From: a bacterium
Lineage (GTDB): Bacteria > Ratteibacteria > UBA8468 > B48-G9 > DTJG01
Reading direction: 5' to 3'
DNA: 64,000 nucleotides
Assembly: GCA_021800535.1 (NCBI GenBank)
Contig: JAJYYV010000004.1
Location: 16,007-80,006 of the forward strand
Made by a program: the position numbers and the translations under genes. Position 1 is the stretch's first letter. Every line of letters starts with the position of its first letter. Of the stretch, positions 16,276 through 26,370 are shown in pieces. The notes below the pieces were generated by a model, which had not been told where the DNA came from, did not search any database, and saw nothing but the letters and a program-made list of their open reading frames with translations.

Positions 16276-17712
16276 ATGGATATACTTAAGAATTCAATTT
16301 CACAGTTAAAAAATCTCTATATAAAAAAAGAAATATCCCCTGTAGAAGTTTTAAATCAGATTATAAATGAGATATCACAAAGAGATAAAGAAATACATTC
16401 TTTTCTTTATTTGAATGAAAAAGTGGTTGCTGAGGCAAAATCTGCAGAAAAAAGATATATAGAAGGAAATTATAGAAAATTAGAAGGTATACCAATAGCA
16501 GTAAAAGATAATATATGCACCATTGAGCAGCCAACAACATGCGCTTCAAAAATTCTTCAGAATTATATCCCCCCTTATGATGCCACAGTAATAAGAAATT
16601 TAAAGGAAAATGGGGCAATTATTATAGGTAAAACCAATATGGATGAATTTGCTTTTGGTTCTTCTACAGAAAATTCATTTTTTGGTCCAACCAAAAATCC
16701 TTTTGATACATCTTATGTTCCTGGGGGTTCAAGTGGTGGTTCTGCTGCAGCTGTGGCGGCAAATCTTACTTTTGGAGCACTTGGTTCAGATACCGGGGGT
16801 TCAATAAGACAACCTGCTTGTTTTTGCGGAGTTGTTGGATTAAAACCAGGCTATGGCAGGGTATCCAGATATGGACTGGTGGCTTTTGGTTCTTCTTTGG
16901 ACCAGATAGGGCCCATAACAAAAGATGTAAAAGACAGCGCTATTATCTTGCAGATTATTTCAGGTCAAGATAAAATGGATTCTACCTGTTTGGATATTGG
17001 TGTTTTGGATTATGAAAAAGAAATAGAAAAAGAGATAATACCATCAAAGTATAAAATAGGTATTCCCAAAGAATATTTTATTGGAGGAATGGATAAACAA
17101 ATAAAAGATAGGGCAGAATCCATAATTAAACAATTGGAAAAACAAGGTTTTATTTTGGAGGAAATCAGTCTTCCGCATACTGAATATGGTATTGCTGCAT
17201 ATTATATTATTGCTACTGCAGAGGCAAGTACAAATCTTGCAAGATTTGATGGGATAAGATATGGTTATAGAACCAAAAACTATTCTAATGTGCAGGAATT
17301 GTATTTTAATACGAGGCAGGAAGGTTTTGGTTTTGAAGTAAAAAGAAGGATTATTCTTGGTACATTTGTTCTTTCTTCAGGATATTATGATGCTTACTAT
17401 ATAAAAGCTCAAAAGGTACGTTCTCTTATAAAAAATGATTTTCAGAAAGCATTTGAAAAAGTGGATATTATTCTTACTCCTACAACTCCTGAATTACCTT
17501 TTAAACTTGGAGAAAAAACATCTGACCCTTTAAAAATGTATCTTTCTGATATATTTACTGTAAATGTGAATCTTGCAGGGCTTCCTGCGATTAATATTCC
17601 TGTTGGATTTTCCAGGGAAAATCTTCCGATAGGGGTCCAACTCATTACTAAATCTTTTACAGAAGAAAAGATTTTACAAATGGCTTATTATATTGAGAAT
17701 AATATAAAATAA
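16276..17712 (+). CDS. gatA: Asp-tRNA(Asn)/Glu-tRNA(Gln) amidotransferase subunit A
   Basis: Amidase signature GGSSGGSAAAVAA and overall GatA pattern. Confidence 0.9.
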   Translation: MDILKNSISQLKNLYIKKEISPVEVLNQIINEISQRDKEIHSFLYLNEKVVAEAKSAEKRYIEGNYRKLEGIPIAVKDNICTIEQPTTCASKILQNYIPPYDATVIRNLKENGAIIIGKTNMDEFAFGSSTENSFFGPTKNPFDTSYVPGGSSGGSAAAVAANLTFGALGSDTGGSIRQPACFCGVVGLKPGYGRVSRYGLVAFGSSLDQIGPITKDVKDSAIILQIISGQDKMDSTCLDIGVLDYEKEIEKEIIPSKYKIGIPKEYFIGGMDKQIKDRAESIIKQLEKQGFILEEISLPHTEYGIAAYYIIATAEASTNLARFDGIRYGYRTKNYSNVQELYFNTRQEGFGFEVKRRIILGTFVLSSGYYDAYYIKAQKVRSLIKNDFQKAFEKVDIILTPTTPELPFKLGEKTSDPLKMYLSDIFTVNVNLAGLPAINIPVGFSRENLPIGVQLITKSFTEEKILQMAYYIENNIK

Positions 17713-17716
17713 GATT

Positions 17717-18751
17717 ATGAAAAAAATATTAGCAGAAAAAATACTATCTTTAGAGGATACAAAAAAGTTTATTGAAACAGTAAAACACTTAAAGATTCTT
17801 GTTATTGGAGATATTATTCTTGATAAATTTACATGGGGAAATGTTAGAAGAATTTCTCCTGAAGCTCCTGTTCCTATAGTAGAGGTAAAAAAAGAAACCT
17901 TTACTGCAGGAGGAGCAGGAAATGTATGTTTAAATATAGTTGATATAGGTGGAAATGTTTCTTTTTGTGGGAAAATAGGCAATGATATAAATGGGCAGCT
18001 TCTTATAAAAATGTTAGATACCAAAAATATACAACATTATTTAATTTCAGAAGATGATTATTACACAATTACAAAAACAAGGATTATTGCCGGTTCTCAG
18101 CAACTTGTAAGGATTGACCATGAACAGATTAAAGAACTTACTGTTTCAGAAGTGAATAAGATAAAATTTTTTTTAAAGAAAGAAATTGAAAAAAGTGATG
18201 GTGTCCTTATTTCTGATTATGGAAAGGGAATGATTACACCTTATCTAATGAAATTTATAATTAAAGAATGTTTATCTCAGCATAAAATTATAACCATTGA
18301 CCCAAAAATCAAACATTTTTTATACTATAAAAAATCTACCTGTCTTACCCCCAATCAATATGAAGCAAGTGGCGGAATTGGTCAGCATGAACCAGAAAAT
18401 CAACAGGATATAAATAAATTGGGACTTAAGATAAATCAAAAACTAAAAAGTAAAAATCTTATAATTACCCAGGGGAAGGATGGTATGAGTGTTTTTACAG
18501 AAAATAAAGAAATTTATCATCTTTCTGCCATAAGCAAAGAGGTCTATGATGTAACCGGGGCAGGAGATACTGTAATATCCATTTTAACTCTTGCATTAGC
18601 AATTGGTTTTGATATAGTAAAAGCAGCATTGCTTTCAAATTTTTGTGCGGCAGTAGTTATTCAAAAAATAGGAACAGCCACTGTTAACCCGGCAGAATTG
18701 GGAACTATTATAAAAGAAAACATTGGAGAGATTTCTATAACAAAGTATTAA
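17717..18751 (+). CDS. D-glycero-beta-D-manno-heptose-7-phosphate kinase (RfaE/HldE domain I, PfkB sugar kinase)
   Basis: GDIILDKFTWGNVRRISPEAPVPIV...TAGGAGNV, then GAGDT. Confidence 0.75.
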   Translation: MKKILAEKILSLEDTKKFIETVKHLKILVIGDIILDKFTWGNVRRISPEAPVPIVEVKKETFTAGGAGNVCLNIVDIGGNVSFCGKIGNDINGQLLIKMLDTKNIQHYLISEDDYYTITKTRIIAGSQQLVRIDHEQIKELTVSEVNKIKFFLKKEIEKSDGVLISDYGKGMITPYLMKFIIKECLSQHKIITIDPKIKHFLYYKKSTCLTPNQYEASGGIGQHEPENQQDINKLGLKINQKLKSKNLIITQGKDGMSVFTENKEIYHLSAISKEVYDVTGAGDTVISILTLALAIGFDIVKAALLSNFCAAVVIQKIGTATVNPAELGTIIKENIGEISITKY

Positions 18752-18753
18752 AA

Positions 18754-19497
18754 ATGAAAATAATAGGAGTTATTCCTGCAAGGTATGGTTCAGAAAGATT
18801 TCCTGGGAAAGTTTTACAGAAAATAGGTCCTCATACAGTGTTAGAACTTTGTTATAATAATGCTAAAAAAAATAAGATCCTTGACAGACTTATTATTGCC
18901 ACTGACAGTGAAAAAATTGTTGATGAAGCCAAAAGAATAGGTGCAGAAGTAATGCTTACTTCTTCTCAATGCCGGTCAGGAAGTGATAGGGTTTTTGAAG
19001 TATCCCGGCAAATAGAATCGGATATATTTATAAATATTCAGGCAGATGAACCATTTATGCCTCAATCTGCAATTGAAAAACCTGTATCTTTTATGGTCTC
19101 TGATAAGAGTATACTATGTGCAACAGCTATAACAAAAATAAGAAATATGGAAGAACTATATAATCCCAATATTACAAAGGTTGTTTTTGATAAAAATGGT
19201 TTTGCTTTATATTTTTCTGCCAGTGTTATTCCTTATCCCAGGGCATATCAATCAATCAAGGAGGCGTTTGATTCAAATATTTTATTCTATAAACACATAG
19301 GACTATATTCCTATAGAAAAAGTTTTCTTGATATTTATAATAAAATGCCAACAGAAAATCTTGAAAGACTTGAAAAACTTGAGCAGTTGAGAATTATGGA
19401 AAATGGATATAAAATAAAAGTGGTAATTGTGGAACAGGATTCTGTTTCCATAGATACTTTAGATGACCTTAAAAAAGTAAATACTTTAGAATTATAG
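18754..19497 (+). CDS. kdsB: 3-deoxy-manno-octulosonate cytidylyltransferase (CMP-KDO synthetase)
   Basis: MKIIGVIPARYGSERFPGKVL N-terminus and overall length. Confidence 0.85.
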   Translation: MKIIGVIPARYGSERFPGKVLQKIGPHTVLELCYNNAKKNKILDRLIIATDSEKIVDEAKRIGAEVMLTSSQCRSGSDRVFEVSRQIESDIFINIQADEPFMPQSAIEKPVSFMVSDKSILCATAITKIRNMEELYNPNITKVVFDKNGFALYFSASVIPYPRAYQSIKEAFDSNILFYKHIGLYSYRKSFLDIYNKMPTENLERLEKLEQLRIMENGYKIKVVIVEQDSVSIDTLDDLKKVNTLEL

Positions 19498-19501
19498 AAA
19501 A

Positions 19502-21106
19502 ATGGCCAAATTTATTTTTATTACAGGAGGGGTGGTTTCTTCCCTGGGAAAAGGAATTGCTTCTGCTTCAATTGGAGCATTGATGGAAAGCCATGGATAT
19601 AAGATAACTATTTTAAAATTAGACCCCTATATAAATGTAGACCCAGGTACAATGAGTCCTTTTCAGCATGGAGAGGTTTATGTTACAGATGATGGTGCAG
19701 AAACAGACCTGGATTTGGGTCATTATGAAAGATTTACAAATACAAAGACAAAAAAATTAAATAATACCACCAGCGGCCAGATTTACTATTCTGTTATTCA
19801 AAAAGAAAGAGAAGGAAAATATCTTGGTAAAACAATTCAGGTTGTTCCTCACATAACAGATGAAATTAAATCCAAAATAACAGATTTATCAAAAGATGTG
19901 GATATTGTTATTTGTGAAATAGGCGGTACTGTAGGGGATATAGAAAGTCTTCCTTTTTTAGAATCTATCAGACAGCTGCATCTACAATCAGATTCTCATG
20001 ATACACTATTTATCCACCTTACTCTTGTTCCTTATATTAAAGCAGCAGAGGAAACAAAAACAAAACCAACCCAGCATTCAGTTGCTATTTTAAGACAGAT
20101 TGGTATACTGCCCCAGATTCTTTTATGCAGAACAGAAAAACCTCTTTCAGATGATATAAAAGAAAAAATAGCACTTTTTTGCAACATAAAAAAGGAAGCA
20201 GTTATTGAAGCGATAGATACAGACCTTATATATGAAATACCTCTTATATTTCACAGACAAAACCTTGATAAAATAATTTTAGGGTTTCTTAATCTAAAAA
20301 TAAAACCAGACCCTGACCTTTTAAAGTGGAAAAATATTATTCACACATTAAGAACAACAAAAAATAGTGTAAAAATAGGTGTGGTAGGTAAATATATTAA
20401 ACTGCAGGATTCTTATAAATCCATATATGAAGCGTTAACACATGGTGGGATTGCAAACAAATTAAAAATAGAATTTATAAAAATTGATTCTGAAGCAATG
20501 GAAAAAGAAGGTCCTGGAAAATTATTAAAAAATGTTGATGGAATAATTGTTCCTGGAGGTTTTGGGATCCGTGGGGTGGAGGGAATGATAGAAACGGTAA
20601 AATACTGTAGAGAAAATAAGATACCTTTCTTAGGTATATGTCTTGGTTTGCAATGTACAATAATTGAATTTGCCCGTCATGTATGCGGATTGAAAAATGC
20701 CCATAGTACAGAATTTATTCCTGAGTGTCCACAACCTGTTGTATGTCTTCTTGATGAACAGAAAATGATGACAAAATTAGGGGGAACAATGAGGTTGGGG
20801 GCATATCCATGTAAAATCATCAAAAACTCTTTTTCTTTTAAGGCATATAGAGAAGAACTAATTTATGAAAGACATAGGCATAGATGGGAATTTAATACTT
20901 CATACTTTGATGAGTTTAAAAAAAATGATATGGTATTTGCAGGACTTTCTCCTGATGAAAAACTTGTTGAGATTGTGGAACTTAAAAATCATCCATTTTT
21001 TGTAGCAACACAATTTCATCCTGAATTTAAATCAAAACCATTTGCCCCTTCCCCATTGTTTTCTTCTTTTATTAAAGCATGCTGGAAATATAGAAAAAAA
21101 TTATGA
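19502..21106 (+). CDS. pyrG: CTP synthase
   Basis: FIFITGGVVSSLGKGI...GHYERF, plus a C-terminal GATase domain (GICLGLQ). Confidence 0.95.
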   Translation: MAKFIFITGGVVSSLGKGIASASIGALMESHGYKITILKLDPYINVDPGTMSPFQHGEVYVTDDGAETDLDLGHYERFTNTKTKKLNNTTSGQIYYSVIQKEREGKYLGKTIQVVPHITDEIKSKITDLSKDVDIVICEIGGTVGDIESLPFLESIRQLHLQSDSHDTLFIHLTLVPYIKAAEETKTKPTQHSVAILRQIGILPQILLCRTEKPLSDDIKEKIALFCNIKKEAVIEAIDTDLIYEIPLIFHRQNLDKIILGFLNLKIKPDPDLLKWKNIIHTLRTTKNSVKIGVVGKYIKLQDSYKSIYEALTHGGIANKLKIEFIKIDSEAMEKEGPGKLLKNVDGIIVPGGFGIRGVEGMIETVKYCRENKIPFLGICLGLQCTIIEFARHVCGLKNAHSTEFIPECPQPVVCLLDEQKMMTKLGGTMRLGAYPCKIIKNSFSFKAYREELIYERHRHRWEFNTSYFDEFKKNDMVFAGLSPDEKLVEIVELKNHPFFVATQFHPEFKSKPFAPSPLFSSFIKACWKYRKKL

Positions 21107-21780
21107 AAACCATTGCGATTATAGAAGATGAACAGGATATTGCAAATCTTATTTCAATAAATCTTCAAAAATCAGGATTTAAGACTGTTATATTTTATGA
21201 TGGAACATCTTTATTTTCTTATCTTAATAAAAAACAGGTTCCTGACCTTGTTATTTTGGATATAATGTTGCCTGATATGGATGGACTGGAAATATGTAAG
21301 TTGTTAAAAAAAAATCCTGATTTTTCCATGATTCCTATTATTTTTCTTACAGCAAAAGGTGAAGAGATTGATAAAATTTTAGGACTTGAATTAGGAGCAG
21401 ATGATTATATTACAAAACCTTTTTCCACAAAAGAACTTATAGCAAGAATAAAAACTATTTTAAGAAGAAGCGAAATGTCCAAAGATTATGGAAATAAAAA
21501 GATTGTGATAAAAAATATTACTATTGACCCTGAAAAATATGAGGTTTTTATAAATAATAAAAAAATAGAACTTACCCTTACAGAATTTAAAATTCTTTAT
21601 TTGTTAGCCTCTAAAAATAGTTTTACTTTTACAAGACGGCAAATTTTAGAGTATCTGTGGGGAAATGAAAAAGCTGTAATAGACAGAACAATAGATGTAC
21701 ATATAAAGCACCTAAGAGAAAAAATGGGTAATAATATAATAAAAAACATTCGTGGTGTTGGCTATAGAATAAATTTATGA
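21103..21780 (+). CDS. OmpR/PhoB-family response regulator
   Basis: Receiver domain (DLVILDIMLPDMDGLE) plus winged-helix output domain. Confidence 0.85.
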   Translation: MKTIAIIEDEQDIANLISINLQKSGFKTVIFYDGTSLFSYLNKKQVPDLVILDIMLPDMDGLEICKLLKKNPDFSMIPIIFLTAKGEEIDKILGLELGADDYITKPFSTKELIARIKTILRRSEMSKDYGNKKIVIKNITIDPEKYEVFINNKKIELTLTEFKILYLLASKNSFTFTRRQILEYLWGNEKAVIDRTIDVHIKHLREKMGNNIIKNIRGVGYRINL

Positions 21781-23087
21781 AAAAACCTTTATTTTTTAAA
21801 AGTATTGTAATTTATTTTTCTATTTTATTTGTTTTGTTATTATTTCTTATCCCTGTAGTTAAAAAATCCATTCCTATATTTATTTTTTTATTTCTTTTTT
21901 TAGCCATAGGATTGTTTATACTTGTTTTTTATTCTTTTTCAAAAACCTTGCATGAGATAGAGGATTCCATAAAAAAATTAGGTAATGGAAAATTTGATAC
22001 AAGAGTTTATTTAAAACCTGGCAATCAATTTGAATTTCTTTCCCAGTCTTTTAATTATATGAGTCATAATATAGAAGAAAAAATTCTACAGATTACCAAT
22101 GAGATGCAGGATGTTAAAAATATTATACACTCTTTAGAAGAACCATTTGTAATAATTGATGAAAAAGATAATATTATTGTTACAAATGAACAATTTGAAA
22201 ATATAATAAGTTTTTCTGATGTAAAAAACAAAAAATATTGGGAGGTTTTAAGAGATATATTTTTTGATAATTTAATAAAGGAAATACGGGATAAAAAAGA
22301 AATAGAAACAGGAAAAGTTTATTTTGATGAAAAAATTTTTATGTGTAAAGGAATCTTTCTTTCTTCAAGTAAAACAGTGGCAATAATTTTTTATGATATC
22401 ACAGAAAAAAATAGTTTTGAAAAAATTAAAAAAGATTTTGTTGCGAATGTTTCACATGAGTTAAAAACCCCCCTTACAGCAATAAAAGGTTATGTAGAAA
22501 CTCTGAAAGAAGAAACCAATGAAGAACAGAAAAAATTTATACAGATAATAAAAAAACATCTTGAAAGAATTACAAATATTGTTAATGGGCTTTTGACTTT
22601 ATCAGAAATAGAATCTACAGAAATAATCAAAGAAAAAGAAATTGTTGATATTAATAATCTTATTAAGGATATAACTTCAATATTTGAAAAAGATATCAGG
22701 GAAAAAAATCTTTTTTTTAGAGTGGAGCCTGGGAAAAATATTACTCCAGTAATGGCTGACAGGTTTAAGATTGAACAGGTTTTTATAAATCTTATAGATA
22801 ACGCTATTAAATATACAGATACAGGCGGAATAACAATAAGGCTGAATAAAGAAAAAAACAGTTTTATTATAAAAGTGGAAGATACAGGTATAGGGATACC
22901 CAAAGAACATTTAGATAGAATATTTGAAAGATTTTATGTGGTGGATAAGGCAAGATCAAGAAAATATGGAGGAGCAGGTTTAGGTCTTTCAATTGTAAAG
23001 CATATAATTTTACAGCATAATGGAGAGATTCATGTAGAAAGCCAATATGGTAAAGGAACAAGATTTACTATCATTCTTCCTATATAA
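21777..23087 (+). CDS. sensor histidine kinase (PhoR-like)
   Basis: 2 TM, HisKA (VANVSHELKTPLTAIKGY), HATPase_c (GGAGLGLSIVK). Overlaps the RR gene by 4 nt. Confidence 0.85.
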   Translation: MKKPLFFKSIVIYFSILFVLLLFLIPVVKKSIPIFIFLFLFLAIGLFILVFYSFSKTLHEIEDSIKKLGNGKFDTRVYLKPGNQFEFLSQSFNYMSHNIEEKILQITNEMQDVKNIIHSLEEPFVIIDEKDNIIVTNEQFENIISFSDVKNKKYWEVLRDIFFDNLIKEIRDKKEIETGKVYFDEKIFMCKGIFLSSSKTVAIIFYDITEKNSFEKIKKDFVANVSHELKTPLTAIKGYVETLKEETNEEQKKFIQIIKKHLERITNIVNGLLTLSEIESTEIIKEKEIVDINNLIKDITSIFEKDIREKNLFFRVEPGKNITPVMADRFKIEQVFINLIDNAIKYTDTGGITIRLNKEKNSFIIKVEDTGIGIPKEHLDRIFERFYVVDKARSRKYGGAGLGLSIVKHIILQHNGEIHVESQYGKGTRFTIILPI

Positions 23088-23133
23088 TAAAAATATGATA
23101 TAATTTATTATTAATACCCAGTTTTAACTTAAA

Positions 23134-23637
23134 GTGGAGGGACAAATGGTTCTTAAATATCTTAATGAAGATGAAATTTTAAAGGTTGCCATTAATGTGG
23201 AAAAAGAAGGAATAGAATTTTATAAAAAATCAGCTTCTTTTTCTAAAGTTGAGAAAGCAAAAAATGTTTTTCAATATCTTGTTGAGGAAGAAGAAAAACA
23301 TCTGGAATATTTTACTAAATTGGATAAACAAATTGAGTTTATAAAGTTTATACCAGAAGATATTGATGAGGAAGTATCAATGTACTTAAGAAGTTTGATA
23401 GATACAGGTATATTTTCAAAAAAATTTTCTGATAATGATTGGGCAGGTTTTACTGATAAAAAGGCATTGGAATTTGGTATAAATGTTGAAAAAAATTCAA
23501 TACTTTTTTATTCTGAAGTTTTAAAAATTACAGAAAATGAAAGTGCTGTTAAATCTTTAAAAAAAATAATAGAGGAAGAAAGAAGACATCTTATTGCATT
23601 AACAACACATTGGAAAGAATTAGATAATAACATTTAA
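23134..23637 (+). CDS. rubrerythrin/ferritin-like domain protein
   Basis: Two ExxH-containing helical repeats (EEEEKHLEYF, EEERRHL). Confidence 0.55.
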   Translation: MEGQMVLKYLNEDEILKVAINVEKEGIEFYKKSASFSKVEKAKNVFQYLVEEEEKHLEYFTKLDKQIEFIKFIPEDIDEEVSMYLRSLIDTGIFSKKFSDNDWAGFTDKKALEFGINVEKNSILFYSEVLKITENESAVKSLKKIIEEERRHLIALTTHWKELDNNI

Positions 23638-23669
23638 TAATCCATAAATATCAAATGGAGTAAATAATT

Positions 23670-24793
23670 ATGGCAGCAAAAGTTTATCATATATTACCAC
23701 AGTCAAAAGATTTTAATTATGAGTCAGGTCTTCAGGGAAAATTTGAAAAATTTCTAAAAGAATTTGATTTTTCTTCCTATATACCGGAAAATGAGATTGT
23801 TCCTTTAAAGATGCATCTTGGTGGTAGAGGGGCTTTCCGTACAATACGGCCCCAATTTGTAAGATTAGTGATTGAATCTGTAAAAAAAATTCCAGCAAAA
23901 CCTTTTGTTACAGATTCTGTAAGGGCTCCCGGATATGAATATCTTGAAATTGCCAGAGATGCAGGTTATACACATCTTACATTAGATGCTCCGGTGATTA
24001 TGGCTGATGGAATATTTGGTAGAGATTCTATAAAGGTTTATGCAGGAAAAACAATTGGAGAAATAGCTATAGCCTCATCTATTCATGATGCCCAGTCTAT
24101 GATTGTTCTTACACATGTTAAAGGACATATTCAGGCTACATTGGGAGGAGCCATAAAAAATGTATCAATGGGTGGGGTTTCTGCATCTCCAAGAGGTTCT
24201 GATTGGCATGAAGGCAGAGGTAAGATGCATTTTCTTATGGGGGATTTAATGCAATGGAATCAGGAAAAATGTATACTTTGTTTTAATTGTATGAAGATAT
24301 GTCCTACGCAGTGTATTACATTTCCTGATAATAAATATACAGTAGACAAGGAAAAATGCTGGAGATGTGGTCGTTGTGCAAGGGTATGTTCTACTGAAGC
24401 TCTTACAGTTCCTGTTAGTCATGAAATGTTTATGAAAGCATTGGCAGAGGGGGCTAATGCTGTATTGTCTACTTTTCAGCCTCATAGAATTGTATATATA
24501 AGTTTTTTGTTGGAAATGCAGCCTGAATGTGATTGTATGCCTTTTGCAGATACGCCGGTTGCTCAGGACCAGGGGATTTTAATATCGGATGATATTGTAG
24601 CAATTGATACAGCCCCACACTTGATATATTAAGTAAAGTTAAACCTTTGCCGGATTCCAGGGCACAGGATATTAAACCAAAAGAGGGCTGGGATATATTT
24701 AGTCTTATCCATAAAAAGGATGCAAGATTTCAGATAAAAGAAGCAGAAAGATTAGGATTAGGAACAAGTAATTATGAATTGATTACTATTTAA
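23670..24793 (+). CDS. DUF362 family protein with 2x[4Fe-4S] ferredoxin domain; apparent -1 frameshift near 24610-24630
   Basis: CILCFNCMKICP and CWRCGRCARVC. The ORF stops at 24632. The DUF362-like C-terminus (AQDIKPKEGWDIF...FQIKEAERLGLG) continues in the -1 frame to 24793. Confidence 0.65.
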
Positions 24794-24808
24794 AAACTGG
24801 AGGATGAA

Positions 24809-25048
24809 ATGGTTAAACAGGTAAAATCTTCATTGGTTGAAGAAGTGGAAAAAGCAACAGTATCCTTTTGGTATGTAAAAGAAGGTTCAGAAATTAAAAA
24901 AAGTGAATCTTTGGTAGAACTTGTTACAGAAAAAACATCATTTACCTTTGAATCTCCATTTTCAGGTAAAATAACAAAAATTCTGGTAGAGGAAGGTAAA
25001 GAAATATCCAATAATCAGGTGATTGCAGAAATTGAAACAAATGATTAA
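24809..25048 (+). CDS. biotin/lipoyl-attachment-like domain protein
   Basis: 79 aa with the hybrid-barrel pattern ...LVELVTEKTSFTFESPFSGKITKILVEEGKEI... Confidence 0.45.
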   Translation: MVKQVKSSLVEEVEKATVSFWYVKEGSEIKKSESLVELVTEKTSFTFESPFSGKITKILVEEGKEISNNQVIAEIETND

Positions 25049-26216
25049 ATTTGAATCAGAAAGAATAAAAAATTTAGGAACATATATTTTTCAGTCTATC
25101 AATGATAAAAAAGCCAAGGCCCGTAAAGAAGGAAAAGATATTATAGACCTTGGAATGGGAAATCCGGATTTAAAACCTCCCCAGCCTGTTATAGATAAAT
25201 TAATAGAATGTGCAGGTTCATCAAAGGTTCATAGATATAGTGCATCAAAAGGCATAAAAAAATTAAGGGAAGAGATTTGTAAATGGTATAACAGAAAATA
25301 TGATGTTCAATTAAATAGTGAAGAGGAATCTGTTGTATGTATTGGTTCCAAGGAAGGAATTAATCATCTTGCTCTTGCTATTTTTGATAATGGGGATACT
25401 ATTTTAATTCCAAATCCAACATATCCCAGTCATTTTTATGCTGTGCTGATAACAGGAGCAAACATATTTGAAATTCCACTCAGTCAGGAAAATTCTTTTA
25501 TCCCTGATTTAGGAAAGATTCCTATTTCAGGTATTTGCAATCCTACTACATTAATACTTAGTTATCCTAATAATCCGACAACACAGGTTGTAGAAATAGA
25601 TTTTTTTAAAGAGGTTGTTAAATTTGCCAAAAAACATAATTTAATTGTAATTCACGATTTTGCTTATGCAGAAATATGTTTTGATGGATATAAAGCTCCA
25701 AGTTTTCTTCAGGTGGAAGGAGCAAAAGATGTAGGAATTGAATTCTATTCTCTTTCAAAAACATATAGTATGGCAGGATGGCGTGTTGGTTTTGCTGTTG
25801 GTAAAAAAGAAATTATTAGTTCGCTTGCCAAGCTTAAAAGTTATTATGATTATGGAATATTTACCCCTATTCAGGTCGCTTCTATTACAGCTTTAAAATT
25901 GGATGATAAATATGCAAGACAAACTGCGGAAATCTATAGAAAACGGAGAGATACTTTTATAGATGGATTAAATAGAATTGGATGGCAGACAGAAAAACCA
26001 AAAGCTACAATGTATGTATGGGCAAAAATACCGGATAAATTCAAAGAAATGGGTTCAATGGATTTTGCCATGATGCTGTTGGAAAAATGTGAAGTTGCCG
26101 TTTCTCCGGGAATAGGATTTGGGAATCATGGAGAAGGTTATGTAAGAATTGCTCTTGTTGAAAATGAACAAAGATTAAAACAAGCTATACAGAATATAAA
26201 AAAAATATTCAAATAA
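25041..26216 (+). CDS. class I/II PLP-dependent aminotransferase
   Basis: SLSKTYSMAGWRVGF (Schiff-base Lys) and GNPD near the N-terminus. Start taken at the internal Met that overlaps the upstream stop (ATGA). Confidence 0.85.
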   Translation: MIKFESERIKNLGTYIFQSINDKKAKARKEGKDIIDLGMGNPDLKPPQPVIDKLIECAGSSKVHRYSASKGIKKLREEICKWYNRKYDVQLNSEEESVVCIGSKEGINHLALAIFDNGDTILIPNPTYPSHFYAVLITGANIFEIPLSQENSFIPDLGKIPISGICNPTTLILSYPNNPTTQVVEIDFFKEVVKFAKKHNLIVIHDFAYAEICFDGYKAPSFLQVEGAKDVGIEFYSLSKTYSMAGWRVGFAVGKKEIISSLAKLKSYYDYGIFTPIQVASITALKLDDKYARQTAEIYRKRRDTFIDGLNRIGWQTEKPKATMYVWAKIPDKFKEMGSMDFAMMLLEKCEVAVSPGIGFGNHGEGYVRIALVENEQRLKQAIQNIKKIFK

Positions 26217-26221
26217 AATTT

Positions 26222-26295
26222 GGGCGGTTAGCTCAGATGGCTAGAGTGTCACGTTGACATCGTGAAGGTCGCAGGTTCAAGTCCTGCACCGCCCA
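26222..26295 (+). tRNA. tRNA-Val (anticodon GAC)
   Basis: Cloverleaf: acceptor GGGCGGT/ACCGCCC, anticodon stem TCACG/CGTGA, loop TTGACAT, T-arm GCAGG-TTCAAGT-CCTGC, discriminator A. 74 nt. Confidence 0.9.
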
Positions 26296-26370
26296 GTATT
26301 TTGGTATCTTTGAAAAAGGACTTGAACCTATAGAATGTATTTTTAAAGAAATTTAAAAAGGAGTCTCACC

